A program made the position numbers and the translations under genes. From positions 1-35,902 of the forward strand of contig MU271647.1 of the NCBI GenBank assembly GCA_021432655.1: 35,902 nucleotides of DNA. Direction: 5' to 3'. Positions 11,560 through 21,697 of this stretch are shown in pieces. The notes below the pieces were generated by a model. It searched no databases. It had not been told where the DNA came from and saw only the letters and a list, made by a program, of their open reading frames with translations. Numbering within the stretch: the first letter of the stretch is position 1; each line of letters begins with the position of its first letter. The stretch is from Atractiella rhizophila (lineage: Eukaryota).

Positions 11560-12703
11560 AGAGCCTCGCAACTGGGCTGACGGGACTCACCCTGGCCCTG
11601 ACCCTAACTCCGTTCCCCAGCCAAATTTGACTGACGGAACAGTTCCGTCGCGAAGGAATAGTAGTAGGCCAAAGTCACGCATGGGCCTCATGTTGGCCTC
11701 GCTGGATTCCGGTACGTATTTGGGGTCCTAGCGCCCTAAGGGGCCACGAAGTGCAGACCCGAAGTGGTCCTTATCAGCTCATACGAAGTGAAATTTGAAG
11801 GGGTGGCGAACTTGACATCTTTTAGCTAGTTCCTGCACAAAAGTGATTATCTTGCGAAACAGGTGAATTTTGCATGTTGCAGACCCATAATAGCTATTTC
11901 GCGACCGGGGGTAGGTCACAGCCAGTCGCTGACCCGAAGTGGTTATAACCCACCTGGAGGGCACTTCGCAAGTTGTGGCCCATTGCTGATCCAAAATGTA
12001 AATTTCGTGACTGCAGTAGAACTTCACAGGTTGCGGCCTGTTGCTGATCTGAAATTGCTATTTCGCTACTGGAGGTGCATTCGCAGGTTGCAGCCAGCAG
12101 GCCACCCGAAGTGGCCCTTTCGCAACTGGAGGTCAGTTGCTGCCCATTGCTAGCGCCAACAGGTTATTTTGCAACTAGAGGCACACTTCGCAGGTTGTGG
12201 CCAGTTGCTGATCCGAAAAGGTTATTTCGCGACTGGGGGTGCACTTCGCAGGTCAAAGCCAGCCGCTCACCTGAAGCGATATTTTGTGACTGGAGGACAG
12301 CAATTCGGAAATGGCCATTCCGCAGCTGCAGAGGCACTTCGCACGTTGCAACCCATCGCTGAACCAAACTTGACCTTTCGCGACTAGAAGGCACTTCGCA
12401 CGTCGCAGCCAGCCAGTGACCCGAAGTGCCCACTTCGTGACTGGTAGCGAAATGGGCCCCCCCGCAATGAACCTCGCATGTTTGAGCGGGTTCACTTCGG
12501 GGCTGATCCCACCTCACGAACCATTTTGGCCATCGCGTCCGAGCTGACGGGACTCAACGGTGCGTTCCGTCCCGTCAGGTTAGTTCCGTCAGTCAGAGCC
12601 TCGCAACTAGGCTGACGGGACTCACCCTGGCCCTGACCCTAACTCTGTTCCCCAGCCAAATTTGACTGACGGAACAGTTCCGTCGCAAAGGAATAGTAGT
12701 AGA
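11560..12703. mobile_element. Element B: ~1.14-kb non-coding element bounded by 108-bp direct repeats, with a degenerate ~57-bp internal array (possibly Helitron-like)
   Basis: 11560-11667 and 12595-12702 differ at 3 positions. Each holds the hairpin GACGGAAC-a-GTTCCGTC and ends GAATAGTAGTAG. The interior repeats GCACTTCGCA and ACCCGAAGTG motifs. Confidence 0.7.
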
Positions 12704-12979
12704 AAGTCTAATTGACAAATCTGGGTTTAAGAGAGCGACCTATCAAGTCATCAAAGATGTTGCTGCGAACAATTGTTGTTTGTTGTTGCCCGCTCAAGTT
12801 CAGTTTGCGCCTTGTCTTTGCTTCTTATCTAGCTTTTAATCTACACACTGTTGTTGTACTTGTACGAAATTACAGTCATGTAGTGTTCGGGTTCAGTCCC
12901 AGCCTCCCGAGCAGAAGCGCGATCTATCTGCCAGTAGAGATACCAATATCGCAAGGACGAAGGACTTTGTCTTCTGGCA

Positions 12980-13060
12980 CGACGTCATACATCCTTACAA
13001 TGAACGACGAGCTAACTCTCAAGGTCGGAGACGAAATCAAGGTAAAGGTTGTCTATGCTG
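12980..13060 (+). pseudogene. SH3-domain-like fragment
   Basis: SYILTMNDELTLKVGDEIKVKVVY resembles the SH3 N-terminal half (Y....DEL.L..GD.I.V). The downstream GW motif is missing. Confidence 0.5.
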
Positions 13061-13322
13061 GCGCACGATGTGTGGGTACGACGTTGAAGGAAGGAACAAG
13101 GAAAATGACAGAAAATCACTATGAATCAACCTGTTCCTTCTTTGCTGTTGAGAGGTTTTCGAAAAGCTTTTGCATGACATGGTCTTTACATTGTCTACTC
13201 TTTATTACCTATCTAACTGAGAGTATTGTCACTAACTGCTGGTGGAAATGAACTCGTGCAACCTTCATGTGCTACACGACGTAAAGCAGTTATGTACTGG
13301 TATTTTACTAGTTGTACTTTAC

Positions 13323-15211
13323 CTATACTAGTGTAGTACACTTGGAAAGAGGGTTCCTTACCAACAACGGCGAACACTGATTGACGAGTTTGGCTGCCCA
13401 TTCCCGTTCAACTGAATCACTTTCATACTTGTAGTAAAGAAAGCCTACCTCGTACGAGTCATTGTTCTGATTTTTCCGAAAGTTCTCGTAGTTGTCAGGG
13501 TCCAAAAGGTAACAGAGTGCAACGTCTTTGTCTTCATCTGTGAACTCAAACTGTGCAGAAAATCAATACATTTTGTTCGTAACCCACAAGTTTACCGTTC
13601 CATATCCGCTGCCGTCTCCGCCTTCTTATCCTTCTTCCCTGACTTCGCGTCATCCGACCTGAACACAGCCTCTTCCGTAGCCACTCCTTTCTTACGTGAC
13701 TCCGCCTCCTTCATTAATGCAGCCGCTTTCTCCAAATCTGCACGGCACGTGGCCGCCTGTCGATTCTTTTCCGCTTCCTCTGCCTTCTTCTTCACGGCTC
13801 TCTCCTGCACCTTCCTCCAGTTCCTAGCTGTCTTAGACCCTAGCTTCCACCCACTCTTCTTCCGCCACTTATACCTGGCTGGAGAAGGATTTCCAGCCGC
13901 CACTAACAAAGCTGACGGCTCCTTCCCCTCAATTCCATCCTCAACGGTATAAAGAGCCACCTTCGCATCGTCCGACATCCCCATGAGTTCCGTCTTCGTA
14001 GGTGGGGACTGCAGTGTCCAGTCTGCAGGGTCGAACAGAGCGGTCATGGCGGGAGTGAAAGGAGGAACAGGGATGATGTCGAGCTCCAGGGCTTCAGAAT
14101 TGCGGGAGCGGGAGAGGTCGATGTCTTGAATGTCGGGGAGTAGGTCGGGGTCTTACTTCCACAGTGGCTCAAATGGAGGGTCATCCAGGCCCAGCTGGAT
14201 GTAGTCTTCAAGGGCATCAGGGAAGCCAGGGTCCTGAACGAGCTGCTGAGGAGTGGTTTCGGCATGATGAAATGTGGGAGGGACTGGAGGAGTGAGGGTA
14301 TAGGCAGGAGGTACCCCTCTAATGGGAGTGGATGCTAGTTTGTAGTGTGGGAGAGTTGCTGGAGAACTGTAGGTCTGAGGGGGACGGCTGACAGGAGTCC
14401 TTGGTGTGAAAGTAATGCCATCGGGGTATTTCTTTGCAATACTCTTCCGAACCTGTTCCGCTTGTCGTTGCATCCTGCACATAATGTCAACATAGCAGGC
14501 TGAATGAAGAGAGTAGCATACAAAGCATCCTGCTCATCGTCCGACCGTGACATTTTTCTACAATGCGAAAGTGAGGTACGCTAGACATAGGAGAAGCTGC
14601 TTACCTCGTTCCAGCAGAAGCTCCCGAAAGCGACGTATGTGGCGCGACGCCGGTCAAATTCTTGAGACTTTTTTGAGGACTGTCGCTGGGTTTTTGGATG
14701 ACTGTAGCGGACGAGCTGATGACTTATTTTTTCACAAAACTTTAACACTGCTTCGGCGGCGTGGTTGGTCCGACACACTTTCCTTCCCTGAAAACAAGTC
14801 GAATAGTTTTTGGACAGGGCTACTGACAAACGACGGAATCCGTTTACATAGAGTGTCATTCGTGAGTAACTCAGACTACAACATCTTGCAAACACACCTC
14901 TCTCAAACCTAAACTGAGACTGATATTTCCTCTTCAAGACCTTCTTCTACTGGCGCGAACCTCTTAACTCCATCATCTCGCTTCTTGTCCTCTGCTTAGC
15001 CTTCTATCCACGAGGGAACCACCGCGGCATTCATTATCATGTTCCCTTCCTCCTCCAGCAATTTGTGAACTAAGTCAAGGGGAGGGAGGAGTATCAAACC
15101 AAGGTGTTCACGACTAGAGTTATGGAATCTTTGGGGCCTGCTAGGTCCAACGGCAGTTCCCCACATCCCCACATCCACCGCTTGAATCACTTCATTCATT
15201 CCCAGAGTCAC
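13323..15211 (-). pseudogene. Degraded multi-exon gene of unknown function (Pro-rich and coiled-coil segments, possible Myb/SANT-like C-terminal piece)
   Basis: Consecutive same-strand ORFs (14996-15211, 14335-14553, 14153-14482, 13592-14047, 13323-13505) are separated by single stops, frameshifts or short introns. 14153-14482 reads through one stop into 13592-14047. Confidence 0.5.
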
Positions 15212-15570
15212 CCTCTGCGCACGCCAACATGAAAACCTGTCCTCGTCCTCCTGAAGTCCAAGTTTTCCGCCTCATATAACAAGGCCGTTCTATCACCAAG
15301 AACAACTGATCCATCTGTCTCCCCGTTCTCCGTCGTTCTCCCAAGACCTTGATCATCTAGATAGTCTCACAGCTCGGTGGATCTTTGTCGTCAAATCATG
15401 GTCTCAGTAGTTAGGATGCGAAGGAAGATGAGAAGGAAGATGAGAAGAATGATTTGGATGAGAAGCCTGACGATCAGGATGGCAAGGGCTTATGATGCGA
15501 TTAAGGCACAATTTATTCTCCACCTTCGGCTTTCTTCCTTTCTAATGTGGGTTATGGGGATTAGTCTGCC

Positions 15571-17301
15571 ATGTCTTCTCAAAAGGCACTGGTCAATTTC
15601 ATCACCCCAGTACACAGATGTGATAGGATCTACCTCTCGATTCTTCCATCTTTCCTATCTCGCCTGCCTCCATCAGTTCACATGCTCCGGATTTTGTTTG
15701 TCTTCAGAGTTAGTTCATCACCATCAAGCTTGGGGTGGAGCCCTAAAGTGATGCCCTCAAAATTGTCTTATTTATCACTTGAACGGGTCAAAAATGTGGT
15801 CGACAAGGATGGTGTGATCAGCGTTCGCATCACCATCAACAGTAAAAAGGTGACAGTAGTCTTTTTGGAGGTCGAAGGGCAACTGTCGGCTGTTAAAAGA
15901 GCTGTCAAAAGTACTCTGCGTGATTCATCTGGCAACCAGTATCGTTATCCTTGCATGTTTCCTCTCCTTCGTCAGAATGCCATATTCGCCCCCATTGCCT
16001 CATACTCCCCTCGTACAGGCCGCTGCTACCCCATCAATGAGGACGAATCGACATCCCTCCCATCCCTCCCATCCCTGCCGACAGCTAGCATCATCCAACT
16101 CACTTTCTCACCTGCAGATGTTACTCTATGCTCAATCTCGTGTTTGCCTGTGGAGCTCCTATATCTCATATTCAATTTTCTCGATGGCGATCGTGCTTCC
16201 ATTCTCCCTCGCGTGTGCGCACTCTGGAGGGATATTTCACCTGCGTATGTGCCCGAACCTCGGCCTATGGAGGAAAAGGAAAAGTATGAGCGGTTGAAAC
16301 GTTATCCTGGTGCTGGACATCTGTGGAAGGAACTGTCGTTTGACAAAAGTTGGGATGTTGCGATGGCGAAAGAGATCATCGTGGGCTCGCCGAATGTCAC
16401 GAAGGTGTGGATGGCTGCATTTTGGAATGAAGAGGAGGCGAAGATTGTGTTGAATGCAATTGAAGGCTTGAAACGCGTGAATAACGTTAAGTTTTGGCGG
16501 AGTTCGAGAAAGTGGAGGAAGGAGGAGATCGAGAACTTTGTGCGAAGAATGGGTGACAGGATCAGACGGCTTGAAGTTGACGACGTGGAAGACTCTCCCG
16601 CTTCAGCCTCAGCCGGCCTTCACTTATCTTCTCGCCTCGAATACCTACACCTCTCTAAGTACCCGCCTCCGCCATCGCTGTCCCTCCCACGTACCCTCAA
16701 GCACCTTGACCTCTCCAATATGTGTCCTCTCCCTGCCTCGATCTCGGAGTCACCTCTGCCGCCTCTTCTGGAATGTCTCGAGATTGTGCTCGCTCCCTTC
16801 TCCGCTAGCGAAAAGACCTCCATCCTGCCCACTCCGCTCGACTTGTCACGCCTCACACACCTCACTGTCATAGACCTCGACGGGGGCGAAGAAACGTCAA
16901 ACCTCGTTTCCCGCGAGTTCTTCAGCACCCTCAAAAACGTAACGGGCATAAACCGGATAACTCTGCGGTACTGTGTGGTGGACTCGTTTGCCTTCCCAGA
17001 CTTCATCCGCTGGTTCTTTGGGGATTGGCGGGTGAGGGGACTCCAGAAGGTTTATGCAAGGGACCTGGAACTTGATGGGGATTGGTTGGAGAGTGCACTC
17101 AAAATGGTTTATGAAAGGGACGTAGAACGTGATAGGGATTCGTGGCAGAGGGGACTCCAGAAGTTTTATGCAAGGGACGTGGAACTTGATGTTCTGTTAT
17201 TCTTTGGAGAGTGGCGCGAGGAGGACATCGCCTCTGCAAGGATGATGATGGGGGCGTACACAACCAGCGAGAGGTCAGGCATTTGGGAGTCTGGGCCATA
17301 A
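15571..17301 (+). CDS. F-box / LRR (RNI-like) protein, single long ORF; the true start may be a downstream Met (~15955)
   Basis: 576-aa ORF with F-box motif SISCLPVELLYLIFNFLD...LPRVCALWR, followed by LRR-like units (IRRLEV, LEYLHL, LKHLDL, LECLEI, LTVIDL). Confidence 0.85.
   Translation: MSSQKALVNFITPVHRCDRIYLSILPSFLSRLPPSVHMLRILFVFRVSSSPSSLGWSPKVMPSKLSYLSLERVKNVVDKDGVISVRITINSKKVTVVFLEVEGQLSAVKRAVKSTLRDSSGNQYRYPCMFPLLRQNAIFAPIASYSPRTGRCYPINEDESTSLPSLPSLPTASIIQLTFSPADVTLCSISCLPVELLYLIFNFLDGDRASILPRVCALWRDISPAYVPEPRPMEEKEKYERLKRYPGAGHLWKELSFDKSWDVAMAKEIIVGSPNVTKVWMAAFWNEEEAKIVLNAIEGLKRVNNVKFWRSSRKWRKEEIENFVRRMGDRIRRLEVDDVEDSPASASAGLHLSSRLEYLHLSKYPPPPSLSLPRTLKHLDLSNMCPLPASISESPLPPLLECLEIVLAPFSASEKTSILPTPLDLSRLTHLTVIDLDGGEETSNLVSREFFSTLKNVTGINRITLRYCVVDSFAFPDFIRWFFGDWRVRGLQKVYARDLELDGDWLESALKMVYERDVERDRDSWQRGLQKFYARDVELDVLLFFGEWREEDIASARMMMGAYTTSERSGIWESGP
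17020..17190 (+). repeat. Three in-frame 57-bp (19-aa) repeats in the F-box gene C-terminus
   Basis: GDWRVRGLQKVYARDLELD / GDWLESALKMVYERDVERD / RDSWQRGLQKFYARDVELD. Confidence 0.85.
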
Positions 17302-20300
17302 GTATTGGTAGTGGCTAGCAGATATACAAATAGTATGCCAACCAGCATTGCAGTGCTGCCACTCGGAAGCGGCGGCAAACAGGTGTGAGTAGTCGGAATG
17401 AGGAGTACGAATAGGATCGTGGCCACAAATTGGAGAAAGACCTTGTCCTCTTTCGACGTAACTTCTGCGTTCGCAGCGCGGGGTAGAAATACCAGGCTTT
17501 CAAATTGTTTCTTTCCTGCTCAGTCTTTGCTTTTGGGATTTCTCGGTCCTTCTTTCGCCATCCTCCTACTTGGCTCTCCGCCCCACCTCCAATGTCCTCG
17601 TGCTGTCCCTCCTGCGTCCTTTCTCCGCTCACTTGTGATGCTCCCTATTCCCATCATGACACATTCCTCTCACATGGTGCCGCACCCACGCACATTTCGA
17701 TGACACATTTCACAAAGGTACAATAAATGTGATTTCGCACATTGTGGAGGTGAATCCTCACTCTCGTTCTCTATTCTTCGAGAAATATTGACGTGCCTAG
17801 TATGCACTGATTCTTTATTTTTTGAGCAAAATCGACGGACGTAACATGCACCGAATGTTCCCAACTAGTACTTCGGATTGCGCTGTCTCCGTCTTATAAC
17901 ATAAAATACTATCATTGACTTTTATGGAGGCGCGTTGTCACAGTTTGCGTTTTCTTAATGTTTCACTGACCATGGACTCAGCATAGCCACAAGAAATGAC
18001 TTTGATGCCGCGTATCCATAAATGACCATTTGTTCTAGCGCAGGTGAATGCAAAAGACTTTCTGATCTAGCACTGGCGAACGATGCCTCATGTTCAAGAC
18101 GTCCTCTTTCCGTTTCCTTATAAATCGTTGGGGGGATTCCAGCATGTTGTGCCACCTTCCGGCGCTTCAGCACGTAGTACCCCCCCGAACGACATCGGCC
18201 AATAGCTGGGAGTCCTCGCAAAGACTTGCCTCCATCCTTTCAACCAAATTCCCTCCACGAAAGTGACGAATCATAACCCCACACTCCAGCAGTCTCCTTC
18301 CGCTGAAGTATTCGGTTTCGTCAATAGAGTTTTCTCCTTTTATGAACGAGATCTCCTCCTCGTGCGATCGATCCACCATTCACGAGCCGGGTTTCAAGTC
18401 ACGCGTTTTTTTGATTATTCGAAGGATCCCTACCCCCAAGAGTTCTTCTGGAGGTATACGAACGCGAACCGTGCTTTCAGTCGCTCCGCAGAACATTCGC
18501 GCTTCTGCCGAACCTGGAACCTGCTGGTGAATTACGACCGCAACATAGCCAAACATCACACCAAAGCGAGGGAAGGACTCTCATCCACCAAGACTTTCAA
18601 CATGATGTCATAGCTTCCTCGCCTGGTGGTGCAGCTTAGGTAGGGCATACAGGGTTGGGGGATACCCAAGTTGAAAGAATGGCACGTCCAGCTAACGGTA
18701 CTGGCCAATCCTTCCTAATTTTCTCAGTGCGAATTGCCACTAGAGAGGAGGGAGCAGGACACTCGACTTAATTAAAATTCAATTGAAGTCTCGTCATCAC
18801 GTTCTAATGGCACATCCAGTCAACCATTTTCTGAAGAGGCTCACGGAATGAAACTCAGAGCCTGGTGATGTGATCGTCGTGGCGACAGCGGTGAAGGATC
18901 TGTGTGATAGTTAGAGGTGCGACTTAGCTGCAGCCTTCGGAAGGAGGGGATAGGCACTTTAAAGGTTTTTCGTCCCCTACTCTTTTTTTACTCGTAAGGG
19001 GATCAACTTAAACGCACGAAAACATGATTCCTTGCGGACGCAAATCAATTATGCGAACGGTAGTCAGTCCTGGGACTCTCAGAATAAACCATCGATGCAA
19101 GTTGTGAAGTGGGAGCCAACATACTACCAACGACGCTAGGCGATCAGAACAAATACTATCTCCTCTTCTAAAATCCAACAGTCCGTTGTATAAGTCAAAA
19201 AAAAAAATAATAATACTGGACTTTTGAGCCCTAGCTCGTTACTTCCCTCTATGCAGATTGAAATGAATCAATTTTAACATATGTTAGCTCCTTTTGAAAA
19301 GGCAAGGAAAGCTTATGTGCGACAATCCTAGTAGCCAGCTCATCGAATATTCCCCTGACAGCACCGCGAAGTGGTGTTGCGTCCCATTAGATTCACATTA
19401 CGTGCCGTGTCTCCTCTGAAACAAGCGCCAGGCACCGTTTATGGCATATCCGCGTTGATGGGCTATTCGCTTTTGAGCAGGAAGCCTGAAAAGTGTTCGT
19501 AGCGAGGAATTTGGAGTCTTTTTGCGCAGCTCTGTTCTCACCCGCAACTTTTGGAATACTCAAAGAATGAACCCGTTGAACCATATAACACGCTAAACTT
19601 ATCACGAATCTCTGCGTTCGTCTGGCAGAAAGGCGGCCGACAAAGTCAGTCCCGAAATCCGCTTCGGACAACTGAAACGATGAACTCCACAGATTGCAAT
19701 CTTGGTTCGATCAGAATTGTCATTTTATTGTGGCACCTAACTCTAACACGATTTCGACTGCTGGATTTACATCAACTGCATACCTGTCCTGCTAGGCAAA
19801 TGTATAGCTCCCACTCATTTCCTTATTAACAACGTAACCCCATTCTCCTCCGTTACTCTAAATACCATACCCCCCTAACAAGAACCTCTATGTCGGCAAC
19901 ATCTCCTATGCCACCGAAAATAATGTCCTCCGTGACCGCTGGAGGATTGTCATATAATGCGGGAACCGTCAGAGCCCCAAACATTCGGGGGGTATGCCTT
20001 TGTTGTCTTTCGAACTCTCAAACACGCACAAAAAGCAGGTACGTTTTCTTCAATCTCCCGAAAACAAGTGTTAACTTCTGGAAGTCGATACTATTGACGG
20101 TCAAATGGTGGACGGGAGATCTATTCGAGTGCAGTACGCTGTCAGTGACCTAGCATTGGAACTGGACTCACTGACGGTTCCAAAAACCATGACTGCCTGA
20201 TTTCGGAAAGCGCCCTTGTCTTGGAAGGGAACTTGCACAAAACTTCTCAAGGGCGAGTGCAAACCGGCAAATTCTTCTGCTTGACTGGTAATGATCTATA

Positions 20301-20649
20301 ATGCTGAAAGGTCAGACCGATCGTAGCGGTACCCATAACAGTAGTTAAGGTACATAAGTATTGCGACTTTCACTTTATATATTTAGGTCATTACAGCGCT
20401 CAGCTATGTCGTCGCTGGCTTTTTCGAGCTTCGATGTGACGGAACCGCAGATGACGCATGTCAAAACACTTAGCGGGAAAGGAGAATTACATGAAGAGGA
20501 AGAGAACAAATCGCGTTGACAAACAGTAAGCACATTGTCCGTGGTTGAAGCCTGAGAAATAGAAGAATAGTCACCATCGACCAAGAACAAGGAGATTATG
20601 CTGATCGCGGCCAATGGGACAAAAGTATGTCGCGTCACCTAGTGAAACT

Positions 20650-21039
20650 TGTTAGGCACTAAGAGGAGGTCATCAAAGGTTGGGGGAGTGGGCCGAATGC
20701 CTCCCATGGGTCTTCTTGGTGTCTCTCCTGCCTCCTTTCACTAGTTCGTCCCGATCCATCTTCATCAATCCTTTGGCTGGCCGCCATACATCTTTGTTGT
20801 AAGACTGCGAATAATGATGGTAGAGAGGAAACAAAGATATCATTACTTCATATTTCTCCCTGACTTTAACACGGTTTATATATCTGAGAAAGGTGTGGCA
20901 AACAAATTCTAGAAGTACACCAACGCGTAAGAAATAAGTAAGCAAGAAGAAGCGAGAAGAAAATAGAATCCCCTCGAATATGTGGCATCGCGTCGTTCTT
21001 AGTAAGCCGTGAGTGGTGGTGGCGGGCTGAACTTCAACA
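20650..21039 (-). mobile_element. 3' LTR (~390 bp) of a Ty1/Copia element
   Basis: The minus strand reads stop codon, polypurine tract GAGGGGGTG, then TGTTGAAG at 21039. Likely other end is ...CCTAACA at 20650. TATA-like TATATAAA at ~20880. The 20650 end is inferred from a single copy. Confidence 0.75.
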
Positions 21040-21046
21040 CACCCCC

Positions 21047-21697
21047 TCAGTCCATCACCAATCCCATTTCTTGAGTGAACTTGTCCACCGCAGGTGTTGA
21101 GAGAGCTTTGGTGAAAATATCAGAGAGGTTTTCCTCGGAAGGTACATATGCGACGTCGATTTTCGCATCAGTGACTTGATCTCTGATGAAATGGTGGATT
21201 ATATCGATGTGCTTTGTGCGACGGTGAAACTCGGGGTTCGCCGAGAGAGATATCGCAGCCTGGTTGTCGCAGAAAAGAGTGGTTGCGCCGTTTGGTGTGA
21301 ATCCGATGTCCGTGAAGAGTTTTCGCAGCCAGATGGCTTCCCGGGCTGCATGCGACATTGCGACGTACTCGACTTCAGTAGTTGATAGCGCTGTTGTGGT
21401 CTGCTTCTTTGAGGACCAAGATATCGCACCCCCCGACACAAGGTACACGAGCCAGAGATGGCTTTGCGTCGTTTGCCTCGCTGGAGTTCCTGTCGGCGTC
21501 GCAGTACCCGACAACTTTGGTGAGCCTCCCTCCGTCACCCCCGTAAACAAGCGCCTGTTCCTTCGTCGCTTTGAGGTAGCGGAAGATGCGTTGGACCGCT
21601 GTCCAATGCGATTGATTTGGCTTTGAAGAAAATTGACTGACAGTTTGGACCGCAAACGCGATGTCGGGACGCATCCCCATCACGGCATACATGAGCA
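21047..21697 (-). pseudogene. Ty1/Copia pol fragment (RT C-terminus + RNase H), frameshifted and 5'-truncated by element A copy 2
   Basis: LMYAVMGMRPDIAFAVQTVSQF...HWTAVQRIFRYLK...VGYCDAD, then ISWSSKKQTTTALSTTEVEY...FCDNQAAI...HRRTKHIDI...NLSDIFTKAL: canonical Copia motifs. Confidence 0.95.

Larger units (their letters stand above)
9108..11560 (-). mobile_element. Element A copy 1 (unclassified modular repeat element with Helitron-like TCTACTAAGG tip at 11560)
   Basis: Collinear high similarity to 22290-23613 and 27190-28734. Its last 60 bp also occur inverted at 33315-33374. Truncated inside the left 67-bp array at 9108. Confidence 0.85.

Noticed and set aside
10495..12517. Many short ORFs (MGHFQQNC..., MSQTGSW..., etc.), also at 22690-23531 and 27860-28767
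   Set aside because: They are translations of tandem repeats in shifting frames, with no frame conservation between copies.
11560..12702. TRIM (miniature LTR retrotransposon)
   Set aside because: The direct repeats lack TG...CA termini, and no convincing PBS, PPT or TSD is visible.
17315..20640. Scattered short ORFs with faint LRR- or PH-like phrases
   Set aside because: Too fragmentary, with no domain recognisable at useful confidence.
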